Source of the DNA: Rickettsiales bacterium
GTDB lineage: Bacteria; Pseudomonadota; Alphaproteobacteria; Rickettsiales; UBA6187
Length of the DNA stretch: 64,000 bases
Reading direction: 5' to 3'
Assembly: GCA_040507985.1 (NCBI GenBank)
Contig: JBEVNR010000012.1
Location: 111,905 to 175,904, forward strand
Numbering within the stretch: position 1 is the stretch's first letter; the number at the start of each line of letters is the position of its first letter. Under the pieces are notes generated by a model. The model saw nothing but the letters and a program-made list of their open reading frames with translations, was not told the DNA's origin and did not search any database. Positions 39,179-50,442 of this stretch are shown piece by piece. The position numbers and the translations under genes are program-made.

Positions 39179-40505
39179 TCGCGGCCTTGCGGGCGGCGGT
39201 TTCCTTTCTTACCAAAATTTCCTCCACCAAAGGATAAACGCGCATCACGACCTTTTTCATCGACGCCGCATCCAATATCACGCGCGGGTCGCCGGCCATG
39301 TACCCCTTCACGTCTTCCACGACGTTCGGTACGGTCGGCACGTTAAATTTTTTTCCCAGATACTCGTAGAGAACGGCGAATTTCGGTATCTGACTTTTGA
39401 CTCCCGGAGCGAAATTCGGGTTTTTTACGCCGAGCAAAATTTGCGACACGTCGTTGGCCTGAAACGTTTTCATATATCCCGCTATCTGCGCTGCAATGTC
39501 GTTCACGGCGGTGACGCTCTCCGTCGACGTCACGTCGCGCACGCCCAGTTGCAACAAGACGATTGCGGGATGCAGCGCCATAATTTGGGCGGCGCGATCG
39601 CCGCTGAATTTAAGGCGCCGGTTCGGTTCGCTGAAATTGGTGATCTCAACGTTGCGCTTCTTTCTCACGTACTTTAATTGTTGTTCGAGCAAATACGGAA
39701 ACGACGCCTCTTCGTGCCCTTTATATGCCGACATAAGCTGCTCGCCGTAAATGACCAACGCTTGCGGCGCGTTTTCCGCCATGTTGTGCAACATGGCGGG
39801 GTCGTCCTTATATTTCAGCAACAATCGCAGGTTCTCTTGAATGCCGTTTGCCGCTTCCCTGACGCCGCGTTGGTTGGGGTGGACGCCGTCCGGCATGAGA
39901 TAGTACGATTGCAGGCGGTATTGCCCAAGCAAGGAAGGGCGAAACGTGACGCGATGGAGCGACGCCAACTTCACGAAGTTAGCCGCGAAGCTGGCCTTAT
40001 ACCGATCCGCCAATTGCACGTTGTAATCAAACACTTCGTATAAGTTCGTCGGAGCGTCGACGCCGAAAAACAGGGTCGGCACGTTGTGCCGCTCGAGATT
40101 ATATAATATCGTCCGCAAGTTGTTAAAGACGTCGACCGGATCTATCTTGCTTTTTAAATCTTGAAAGCCCAAATGTACGATCGTCGCGTCCGGCTTGGCC
40201 TCCAACACGTTTTTTAAGAGATCGACTCCGCTTGACGTGGTGTTTTTTTCTGCGGAGAAATCGAGAATTTCGACGGAAACGCCTTGCGCCGCCATTGTCT
40301 CCTTCAATAGGCGGGCAAAAGATTGGGAATCGTCCAGACCCGGATTGGAAAAAAAACCGTCCCCGAGCAGCGCCACTTTATAGGTGGGTTTCGTTCCGTC
40401 CTCCTGAGCGAAACATGCGTGCGCCCACACCCCAACGACGATCGCCGTCGCCGCAGCCAACGATCGGAACGTGAAAAACGAACGGCGAAACAAACGGACG
40501 GTCAT
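39165..40505 (-). CDS. Exported tandem SGNH/GDSL (TesA-like) protein lacking catalytic Ser
   Basis: Domain 1: LLGDGF, LGFQD, PDGVHPN; domain 2: IYGEQL, LGVRD. Confidence 0.75.
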   Translation of the reverse strand: MTVRLFRRSFFTFRSLAAATAIVVGVWAHACFAQEDGTKPTYKVALLGDGFFSNPGLDDSQSFARLLKETMAAQGVSVEILDFSAEKNTTSSGVDLLKNVLEAKPDATIVHLGFQDLKSKIDPVDVFNNLRTILYNLERHNVPTLFFGVDAPTNLYEVFDYNVQLADRYKASFAANFVKLASLHRVTFRPSLLGQYRLQSYYLMPDGVHPNQRGVREAANGIQENLRLLLKYKDDPAMLHNMAENAPQALVIYGEQLMSAYKGHEEASFPYLLEQQLKYVRKKRNVEITNFSEPNRRLKFSGDRAAQIMALHPAIVLLQLGVRDVTSTESVTAVNDIAAQIAGYMKTFQANDVSQILLGVKNPNFAPGVKSQIPKFAVLYEYLGKKFNVPTVPNVVEDVKGYMAGDPRVILDAASMKKVVMRVYPLVEEILVRKETAARKAANDAL

Positions 40506-40594
40506 CGGGAACGCAACGCTTTTTTCTTAAATTATAGCGCCGGGCTTGCTAAAATGCTACGGTAAAGCGACTGAAGCGGTTGACGGAGGGAGGA

Positions 40595-42532
<1,938 letters not shown>

Positions 42533-42620
42533 GACGCCGATTCCTTAAAATTAATGCGTTTAATTATAAATGGGGATTGGTAAATAAAATGCAATCTTTT
42601 TCTAAGGACGCGGACGAAAT

Positions 42621-43910
42621 TTATGTTTCCTCCGACGCGTTGGAAAAACACACATAGTCGTCCGACGCGTTCGGCGCGTCGGCGTCGCGGCAAAAGGGCG
42701 CGAAGCGCATGAGCCGGCTTAGCGCGCACTCCACTCCGGCGGCGGTATAAAAATTGCCGAAAACCTGCGTTTTCGCGCAAACGGCGGCGCGCAGCTTTCC
42801 AAATAACTCCTTATTCGGCGTAAATTCGCTCGTCCAAAAATCGTCGAGCGATCCTTGAAACGTCAGCCCTTCGCAATCGTAAATCGCCTTGCCCAGGCAG
42901 AGGAGTTTTTTTCCGTGGTGAAGCACCGACGTGCCGGAGGTGCTGTTGACCAACACGGCGCCGAGCGAGGCTTTTATCATGGTCGGCAAGTGCCCGAACT
43001 CAATAAAAACGACGCGATCGCTCACGCCTCGATCGGCGGCGCACCGGGCGGAGAAGCCGTCTAAATCTTCCGCCCCGTTATCGAGGGGATGGTTTTTTAT
43101 CGCAAGCACGCAATCTTTCGGCGCGCGCGCGGCAAAACTGGCGACGGTTTCGGCGATCACTTGCCGCATGCCTCCGCCAAAGCGGGAATGCCGGGTAATT
43201 TGCGTGTCGTGCGACAATTGCAGCAGCAACAAATAATATTTTCCCTCCGGCAAGGCGGCGACGCGAGCGTCGCTGCGGCGCCTCGCGCTTTTTTGCGCGC
43301 ACAACCGGCGGATCCATTGCCACGCCTCTATCGCCGGCGGACGCTTGCGATGGCGGCGATAATAGGGATAAAACGGCGTCGACCCCCCCAGCAACGTATA
43401 GTAGGCGACGGCGTTGGCGTAAATATGCCGAAGCGAACAGGGAAGAGCACGTATTTTCGGCGCTTTGGGGCACGGAACCGGGGGCGCGTTCCGTTCGATT
43501 TTTTCTTTGGAGCACGGATAGAAAAAAGAATGCCCGTTCAACCCGTTTTGCTCGTAGGTAATCATGTTCGGACGGAAATACCCTTCCTCGAACAGGTGGA
43601 ACGTCACCCCCAAGGGCTTTAGCGCGGCCATGGCGGCGGCGTGGTAGGGCCGGCAGTCGTTATACATAATCACGTCGGTGAACTGCCGGTCGGCGTGGAG
43701 GGAGAGCAGCCACGGCTCCCATTCGGAAAAAGTGCGCCTGAACACCAGCGTTTCGCCCTCGCGATTGAACATTTTATCGCCGAAATTAAACGAGGCGCAC
43801 GCGACGTCGTGCCCTTCGCGCAGCAACTTACGCGCGAAGCGACGAAAAAAAGGACCGACCGGCCCTTGCAGCATTAAAAAACGTCGTTTTTCTCGTTTTT
43901 CGCCGTGCAT
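42621..43910 (-). CDS. kpsS: Capsule biosynthesis protein KpsS (Kdo transferase family)
   Basis: FLMLQGPVGPFF, FEEGYFRP, LQLSHDTQI..HS, KNHPLD, VNSTSG and LGKAIY motifs; ATG at 43910 chosen. Confidence 0.9.
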   Translation of the reverse strand: MHGEKREKRRFLMLQGPVGPFFRRFARKLLREGHDVACASFNFGDKMFNREGETLVFRRTFSEWEPWLLSLHADRQFTDVIMYNDCRPYHAAAMAALKPLGVTFHLFEEGYFRPNMITYEQNGLNGHSFFYPCSKEKIERNAPPVPCPKAPKIRALPCSLRHIYANAVAYYTLLGGSTPFYPYYRRHRKRPPAIEAWQWIRRLCAQKSARRRSDARVAALPEGKYYLLLLQLSHDTQITRHSRFGGGMRQVIAETVASFAARAPKDCVLAIKNHPLDNGAEDLDGFSARCAADRGVSDRVVFIEFGHLPTMIKASLGAVLVNSTSGTSVLHHGKKLLCLGKAIYDCEGLTFQGSLDDFWTSEFTPNKELFGKLRAAVCAKTQVFGNFYTAAGVECALSRLMRFAPFCRDADAPNASDDYVCFSNASEET

Positions 43911-43915
43911 ATGCT

Positions 43916-45979
43916 TCACTTTTTCACGCAATGCCGCCATCCCTTGACGTATCGCACCCATCGGGCGCCGGCGCGCTTCTTCGTAAACGGACGTGCGTTT
44001 TCCGCGCCAAACCTATCCAATATCGTTTCTACGTCGCACGGATAGAAACTCACGGGATCAACATAATGGGGATATATAGCCAAGGCAATATAGGTTAGCT
44101 CTTCCGGCGCAAGGGTGCGCTTACGGTTTGGAAAAGAAAGCCGATCGCGCGTTAGCCCCCACCCCGCGTAGAACGGGGCGCCATACACATGCACGCGCTT
44201 GCCGTAATAAAGCGCCTCCATTCCCGCGAGCGACGCCATGACGTGCACGTGGTCGACCGCGCGAAGCAACGACCCCAGCGCATGGCCCTTGGCCTCGACG
44301 ACGCCGTGATAAGATAAAAAATCGGGAGACACTTTCCCCTTGCGATACCCGGCGGTTACGTCCGGATGGGGCCTATAGAATAGCGCTTCGCCGGGATAAA
44401 GCCTTGCGATTTCCGCGATTAGCGCTTCGTTCGACGCGATTCCGCCGCGCGGCGTCGCGCGAATCGACGCGTCGTCCGCCACCTGGCCGACGATGAGATG
44501 CGCGGCGCTTCCCCCATGGCCCGAACGCGCGAACGCCTCTCCGGCGCCGGCCACGCCGTATTTGGTGACGGACTCGTTTGCCAATCGCGCGAACAACGCG
44601 GAGGCCCGCGCCTTTTCGGCGTCGGACAAGACGTAGCCATTCAGCAGGTTTTCCAGATCGGACGGGCGGGACGCGTCGAAATGCGCGCCCAATCCGTCGC
44701 ACGCCAACGAATGGGCGGGAGTCAGCGCCGCGCCGAGAGCGGGGGAACGAATGAATCCGTCTTCCGCCCGCCAAATTTTTAGGTCGGACGCAAAAGCCCG
44801 TAAGTCATGCGCAAGGGCGCCTTTTTCCTTCCCCGCCCATACGACGATATCTTCGCCCGCCTCTCTCGCCGCCGTCGCCGCCCGTTTGACGGAACCGTAA
44901 AATGCCGCATCGCGGAAAGGAGAGCCGATGATGCGGCGCACGAACGGGCGTTTCCATCCCGAAAAACCGACCCCGCACCAACGTTGCGGACGGGAAAGGT
45001 AGCGATTTTTTATGTCGTAGAGCATGTCGACGGCCTCTTCCGCTTCTATAAGGCGGTCGGCGAAAGGATGGCGATAGCGCGCGCCATCGATAAAGGCGGC
45101 GTGGGCGAGCATGGCGAGGGAAGGACGCGCCGTGCGCCTTGCCGTGACCGAAGGCGTCGCTTCGCCCCTGTCGACGGTCAATCCCCACCCCGCATAAAAC
45201 GGCATGGCGAAGCAATGCACCTCGGCCCCCGCCATCAGCGCCTCAAAGCCGAACTGGCTCGACACCGTAAACACCGCCGTCGCGGCTTGCGCCAACCGAT
45301 ATGAGGGGGGATTACCGGCAATGACGGTAAAGCGACGCCGATCTTCGCACAGGCGCAGCACATATCCGCGCGCCTTTCCGGCCAACACGTCGGGATGGGT
45401 TTTAATCCATAAGGTGGCGTCGGGATATTCCTTGACCGCCGCACGCAGCATCGCCTTGAAGCTTTCCTCGCTTCCTCCGGCGCCGCCGACGGAGCAATCG
45501 CCCTCCGTTTGGTCTATCAGCAATACGTGCCTTCCCGAACGCATCTCTTTGGGAAGGGGATCGACGTCGACGTTGTATTTCGTGCAGCCCAGCGAGACGA
45601 TGCGCGCCACCAATGCGACGCCCCGTTCCTGTTCGCCCGTCGAAAAAGGCGCGTTCGCTCGGTTTTCCAAGTCGGACGGCGAGCGGCAATCGTAATAGAC
45701 GCCGGTTTTATCCACGATCAACCCAAGCGGCCAGGCGCCGTTCTTTCCCAGCCCCACCGACCGCAAAAACGCGTCCTCCAGCGCCCAAAATTGCTTCCCG
45801 CGCTTTTGCGCCTGCTTTAAGGAACGCAATCCCGACGCTTTCCGCCCCCACCCTATGAAGCAATCGGCGGCGGCGGGGTTTTGCGTGACGCCCCTCGCCT
45901 CGGGAAAAAACGTGAGGTTCGGGTCGAACGCCAGTATTTTAGCGAAAGGAATATATAGCAAAAGACCGTCGTTGTTCAT
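43916..45979 (-). CDS. kpsC: Capsule biosynthesis protein KpsC (two Kdo-transferase domains)
   Basis: GWGRK, EDAFLRS, KYN, KTHPD, SSQFGFEAL and PFYAGWGLT motifs, then a second copy (EDGFIRS, RPHPD, FYAGWGLT). Confidence 0.92.
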   Translation of the reverse strand: MNNDGLLLYIPFAKILAFDPNLTFFPEARGVTQNPAAADCFIGWGRKASGLRSLKQAQKRGKQFWALEDAFLRSVGLGKNGAWPLGLIVDKTGVYYDCRSPSDLENRANAPFSTGEQERGVALVARIVSLGCTKYNVDVDPLPKEMRSGRHVLLIDQTEGDCSVGGAGGSEESFKAMLRAAVKEYPDATLWIKTHPDVLAGKARGYVLRLCEDRRRFTVIAGNPPSYRLAQAATAVFTVSSQFGFEALMAGAEVHCFAMPFYAGWGLTVDRGEATPSVTARRTARPSLAMLAHAAFIDGARYRHPFADRLIEAEEAVDMLYDIKNRYLSRPQRWCGVGFSGWKRPFVRRIIGSPFRDAAFYGSVKRAATAAREAGEDIVVWAGKEKGALAHDLRAFASDLKIWRAEDGFIRSPALGAALTPAHSLACDGLGAHFDASRPSDLENLLNGYVLSDAEKARASALFARLANESVTKYGVAGAGEAFARSGHGGSAAHLIVGQVADDASIRATPRGGIASNEALIAEIARLYPGEALFYRPHPDVTAGYRKGKVSPDFLSYHGVVEAKGHALGSLLRAVDHVHVMASLAGMEALYYGKRVHVYGAPFYAGWGLTRDRLSFPNRKRTLAPEELTYIALAIYPHYVDPVSFYPCDVETILDRFGAENARPFTKKRAGARWVRYVKGWRHCVKK

Positions 45980-45997
45980 CGTCCGGCGATCCGTCTT

Positions 45998-47119
45998 TTA
46001 AAATCGAAAAGGAACCGCGAAACGCAGGAACGCTTCTTCGGGGCGATAATAAGGCGGCACCGGCACCACGGGCGAGGAGGCGCGCGCCATGTTTTTCGCG
46101 GCGTTATCTAAAATTTGCACGCCCGTCGAGCGAATGACGCTCACGTTGCGCACCACCCCCGCCCGCGAAATTTCGATCATCACGACGCCGGCGCCGTGCA
46201 GGTTTTGCCGCACCGCCTCCGCCGGCACGTCCTGAAATTGCCCTATCCATGCGGTGAGAGCGCGTTCGTATTTATCCAGCGCCTGTATGTTGCGCTCCGA
46301 TTCGCCTCCCGACACGGAAGCGTAGTTTTGTCCCGGACCGCCGGCGCCGATCACGGCTTGCCGCCCGTCCGTTCCTGGTTGCCTAGGAAGAGGCGGATAG
46401 ACTTGCGACGGCATCGCGTTGCTCATGTAAGACGGCACGGGGCCGGAGCGGCGGGGCGGCGGCGCAGGTTGGGCGGGATAAGAAGGCGCGAACACCGTTT
46501 CGTCCGGGCGCAGGCGCAAGGAATCGTCGGCCGGCACGTCGAACAGGCCGGAGAGCAACTCTTCGTCGCTAATCCGTTTTTTTTCTTTTTTCCCTTCGGG
46601 AGCGGGATCTTTCTTCGGTTTATCTTTTAGAGTGGGTTTTTTCGATTTCGGCGCGTTCGCTTGCGCGCGGTTAAAGGCGGACGCTTCGGCGATCGCCTGC
46701 TCTACCGGCACCGCGACGGGAGACGTTGGCGCCTGCGCCTCCGGAGATTCCGGCAAGACGGCGGCAAGGGGATTTTCCGGCGCCTTAGGCGATGTGGCGG
46801 GAGGCGTTTTTTTTGTTTCCGACGTCTTTCGTTCTTTTTCAAGTTCCGCCAACTTTTCGCTTTCAAGCGCCTCTATGCGCGAGCGATACCGAAGCGACGG
46901 CGGCAAGGATTGCAGCGTCACGTCCTCAAAATCGAGCCGCACCCGCACCTCTTTCGCCACCGAAGACATTTTTTCCGGCGTCGGCGCCACGAGATTGGCG
47001 GGAATTTGCGCTATGAGTCCGTGAATCGCCAGAGAGATTAAGGCGAAATAGGCGGCGTGCGTTTCTTCCGATTTTTGCGTCGGAACGACGGCGGTCGGCG
47101 ATAACGCGTTGTTCGCCAT
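45998..47119 (-). CDS. TonB-family energy transducer
   Basis: SLAIHG TM anchor, Pro/Lys-rich linker, C-terminal G.VV...SR.G.V..V.V..STG...LD.AA domain. Confidence 0.85.
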   Translation of the reverse strand: MANNALSPTAVVPTQKSEETHAAYFALISLAIHGLIAQIPANLVAPTPEKMSSVAKEVRVRLDFEDVTLQSLPPSLRYRSRIEALESEKLAELEKERKTSETKKTPPATSPKAPENPLAAVLPESPEAQAPTSPVAVPVEQAIAEASAFNRAQANAPKSKKPTLKDKPKKDPAPEGKKEKKRISDEELLSGLFDVPADDSLRLRPDETVFAPSYPAQPAPPPRRSGPVPSYMSNAMPSQVYPPLPRQPGTDGRQAVIGAGGPGQNYASVSGGESERNIQALDKYERALTAWIGQFQDVPAEAVRQNLHGAGVVMIEISRAGVVRNVSVIRSTGVQILDNAAKNMARASSPVVPVPPYYRPEEAFLRFAVPFRF

Positions 47120-47124
47120 ATATG

Positions 47125-47562
47125 CTACCGATCCGTTTTTACCGCGAGCCTGACGCCTTGAAAGCCGATGCGCTCGGCTATCTCCAGCACCGGCGCGGCG
47201 AGCGCGGCCGGCACGTCGGCGTCGGCGCGCAAATTGATGTGCGGCAGGGCGGCGCCGTCATATTTCGCCGCCAATTTTAACATCGCCGCCGTGACGTCGC
47301 GCATGTCCACGTACACGTCTTTTCCGATGGCCACGCGCCCCTCGCTGTCGACGGAAATTTCCGGCCCCTCCTCGTAATCTTCGGCGGCTTCGGCGGAGGC
47401 GCTGGGCAAGTCGGTTTTGAGCGCCCGCTCCGGCACAAGCGATCCGGCGGTGAGGAAAAAAATCAACAGCAAAAACACGATATTTATCAACGGAACCATA
47501 TCAGGCTCCACCCCTTTCGAGCCGGGAGAAGCGAATAAGCGTTGTTTTTGCCGCATATGCAT
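47125..47562 (-). CDS. exbD: Biopolymer transport protein ExbD/TolR
   Basis: MVPLINIVFLLLIFFL and LRADADV motifs. Confidence 0.9.
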   Translation of the reverse strand: MHMRQKQRLFASPGSKGVEPDMVPLINIVFLLLIFFLTAGSLVPERALKTDLPSASAEAAEDYEEGPEISVDSEGRVAIGKDVYVDMRDVTAAMLKLAAKYDGAALPHINLRADADVPAALAAPVLEIAERIGFQGVRLAVKTDR

Positions 47563-48968
47563 TATTCCGCGTTGTCCGTGACGTCGCCCGATGCGCCACG
47601 CCGCAATTCTTCGGCGATAAGAAACGCCAGCTCTACGCTTTGCGAGGCGTTAAGCCGAGGATCGCAATGGGTGCGGTAGCGATCTTTCAGCCGATCTTCC
47701 GAAATGGCTTGCGCTCCGCCGACGCATTCGGTGACGTCCTGCCCCGTCATTTCGATATGGACGCCGCCGGCGTATGTGCCTTCCGCACGATGGACGGCGA
47801 AGCTCTTGCGCACCTCGGTCAGCACGTCGTTAAACGGCCTTGTCTTATAGCCGTTGGGCGACTTGATCGTGTTGCCGTGCATCGGATCGCAGGACCAGAC
47901 GACCTGCCGCCCCTCCGCCTTCACCCGGCGCAGCAAGGGGGGCAGCAATTGCTCGATCTTAGGCGCGCCCATCCGGACGATAAGGGTTAGGCGTCCGGGG
48001 TCGTTGTCCGGGTTCAGCTTGTCGATCATGCGAATCAACCCGTCCGGATCCGTCGTCGGACCGACCTTCATGCCGACGGGGTTGCGGATGCCGCGCATAA
48101 ATTCGGCGTGGGCGCCGTCTTCTTGTCTCGTGCGGTCGCCTATCCACACGAAATGCGCGGAGCAATCGTAATAATGGCCGTCGTCCGACTCGCGTCGCGT
48201 CAGCGCCTCTTCGTAATTAAGCAGCAAGGCTTCGTGCGAGGCGTAAAAATCGGCTTTTTTCATCGGTTCGTAATCGCCGGCGCTTACCCCCACCGCCTCG
48301 ATAAAGCCGAACGTTTCGTTAATGCGGTCCGTGAGGTTTTTGAACAATTCGCCCTGGGTGCATTGCTCGGTGAACTCCTTGTTCCAGCGATTGACGTTTT
48401 TAAGCGAGGCGTATCCCCCTTGAGACAAGGCGCGAAGATAATTTAGCGCCTGGGCGGAGCGGTTATAGGCTTCGACCAGGCGCATCGGGTCCGCGCGGCG
48501 TGCGTCGGGGGTAAATTCAATGCCGTTAACCATGTCGCCGCGATAGCTTGGCAGCTCGACGCCGTTTTCAGTTTCCACGTCGGACGAGCGCGGTTTGGCG
48601 AATTGTCCGGCGATGCGTCCGACCTTCACCACGGGCTTGCCCGCGCCGTACATCAGGGCGGTGGTCATTTGCAGCATGACGCGGAAATAGGAGCGCAGGT
48701 TTTTCGCGTTGTTTTCCTTAAAGCTTTCCGCGCAATCGCCCCCTTGCAACAAAAATCCCTTGCCAAGGCACACGTTCTTTAAATCGCGCCGCAATTTGCG
48801 TATTTCGGCGGGATGGACGAGCGGCAAGGCGCCTTCAAGCTGCGCCTCCGCCTCCTTCAGCGCGCGTGGATCGTCATAGGCCGGTTGCTGCAATATCGGA
48901 AATTCCCTCCACCCGGAAGGGGACCATGTTTCAGAGTCGCGTTGCGTTTGTACGGCGGACTGCATCAA
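47562..48968 (-). CDS. Class II DAHP synthase
   Basis: QQP.Y, LQGGDCAESF, GRIAGQFAKPRS, SHEALLL.YE, WIGDRT and WSCDPMHGN motifs. Confidence 0.97.
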   Translation of the reverse strand: MMQSAVQTQRDSETWSPSGWREFPILQQPAYDDPRALKEAEAQLEGALPLVHPAEIRKLRRDLKNVCLGKGFLLQGGDCAESFKENNAKNLRSYFRVMLQMTTALMYGAGKPVVKVGRIAGQFAKPRSSDVETENGVELPSYRGDMVNGIEFTPDARRADPMRLVEAYNRSAQALNYLRALSQGGYASLKNVNRWNKEFTEQCTQGELFKNLTDRINETFGFIEAVGVSAGDYEPMKKADFYASHEALLLNYEEALTRRESDDGHYYDCSAHFVWIGDRTRQEDGAHAEFMRGIRNPVGMKVGPTTDPDGLIRMIDKLNPDNDPGRLTLIVRMGAPKIEQLLPPLLRRVKAEGRQVVWSCDPMHGNTIKSPNGYKTRPFNDVLTEVRKSFAVHRAEGTYAGGVHIEMTGQDVTECVGGAQAISEDRLKDRYRTHCDPRLNASQSVELAFLIAEELRRGASGDVTDNAE

Positions 48969-49300
48969 GGGGCGTTTCTCCTTCGTGTTTACGGGGCGCA
49001 GGAGTACTATAACGTTTCTGCGCGCGGCGTAAACAGCAAAATCGCGCGTTAATTGCCGTCAATTTTTTATTCCCGCGCTTTTTTTTATGGAACCCGCCAT
49101 ATATTTTTATGTAGATATGCCAATCTGTATGTATCCTTAATTCCGGCGCCGATGTTCGCCGTTACCCGAGATTCCTCCGCCCAATATGTTTTTGGGGGCG
49201 CCGGGCCTGTTTTTTAACGTATCCATATGTATAAAATGTAGGGGAGAAACGCGTGCCGGCCGCGCTTTAATTTTTCGTCGTCCGTCTCGTCGTCAATGCG

Positions 49301-50134
49301 TTACACGCTATCGATTTCTTTTTGCAAGGAACCGAAAGGCTTTGGAGGGGGAACCGGAGGCAATCCCCCCGTGGTTGGGGTGTATGTGGCCGTGGTCGTG
49401 GTAGAAACGGGCTGCAACTCCGTCGACCCTTCCTCTCCTCCCATGCTTGCGGCGCGTCCCTGCAAATTTTCTTCGTCGTCTTTTTGAATGACGGATTGCT
49501 TGGCGCGCTCCACCATGTCTCTGGCGAAATCAACTATCCACAAAATCAGAAATACCGCGTTGGCGACGATAAAGGCAATCGTCACTCCGGGATGCACGTG
49601 GGGATTAGGGAAAACCAACGACACGACGATATGGAATATCGCGCCTATAAAATAGATGATTATAACGGTCGCGACCTTATTTCGCGTATGTGTATGCAAT
49701 TTTTTATATTGATAATAGGACAACACGCATTCTATGTTTTCTCGAACGTGAATGCCGTAAAATACAAGATGTATCAACGCGGGAATAAATTCGTTCAATC
49801 CTTCCGGATGAGGAGGGCCGTATTGAATTATTTTTAGCGTTTCATTGGTGAAGACATAGGTAGTGTACAGAGATACGCCCGAGTAATACAAGACCATACA
49901 GGTAGCGAGACACCTTAACGAAAACTTGCGTATTCCGGGAAGCGCCCGTGATTCCAGCACGAAACCGCACCCGTTCAGACACGTAAGCCAGCAGGCATAG
50001 GCCATATCGGTTATAAATTTCCATAAGACCCGCAAATAGAACATTGGAACCGACAGGTAAAGCTTTCGCTTAGATTTGTCTTGATCGGCATTATGCAATG
50101 GATTTTCGCGCTGCGCCATCTCTCCCGGAGACAA
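49301..50134 (-). CDS. Orphan multi-pass membrane protein with Thr/Pro-rich tail
   Basis: 277 aa, several hydrophobic segments, C-terminal STTTTATYTPTT and LPPVPPPKP; AT-richer than neighbours. Confidence 0.65.
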   Translation of the reverse strand: MSPGEMAQRENPLHNADQDKSKRKLYLSVPMFYLRVLWKFITDMAYACWLTCLNGCGFVLESRALPGIRKFSLRCLATCMVLYYSGVSLYTTYVFTNETLKIIQYGPPHPEGLNEFIPALIHLVFYGIHVRENIECVLSYYQYKKLHTHTRNKVATVIIIYFIGAIFHIVVSLVFPNPHVHPGVTIAFIVANAVFLILWIVDFARDMVERAKQSVIQKDDEENLQGRAASMGGEEGSTELQPVSTTTTATYTPTTGGLPPVPPPKPFGSLQKEIDSV

Positions 50135-50442
50135 GAAAGGAAATAGGAGCGAAGGTAGCCTCCTATGTATGCCGATAAAGAAGTATCGACGAGAATGTAC
50201 TTAAATGTTGCGAGTGTAACGAACTGAGTTAACGTTATGGTACGCCTCCGTACATAAAAAAACAATAAAAATTGATAATTTATTATCATGACTTGGATTT
50301 GCCGGTAACGGACTGCGTAAGTTCTGAATTCATGGACAAATACATTGGAATCCGCTTAAAATTACCCCACGGCGGCTGACGGAGGAATTAAACGACCAAG
50401 CTTTCTTCGGAAGTGACGTCGTTCCGCATTTGAGGTTCACGC

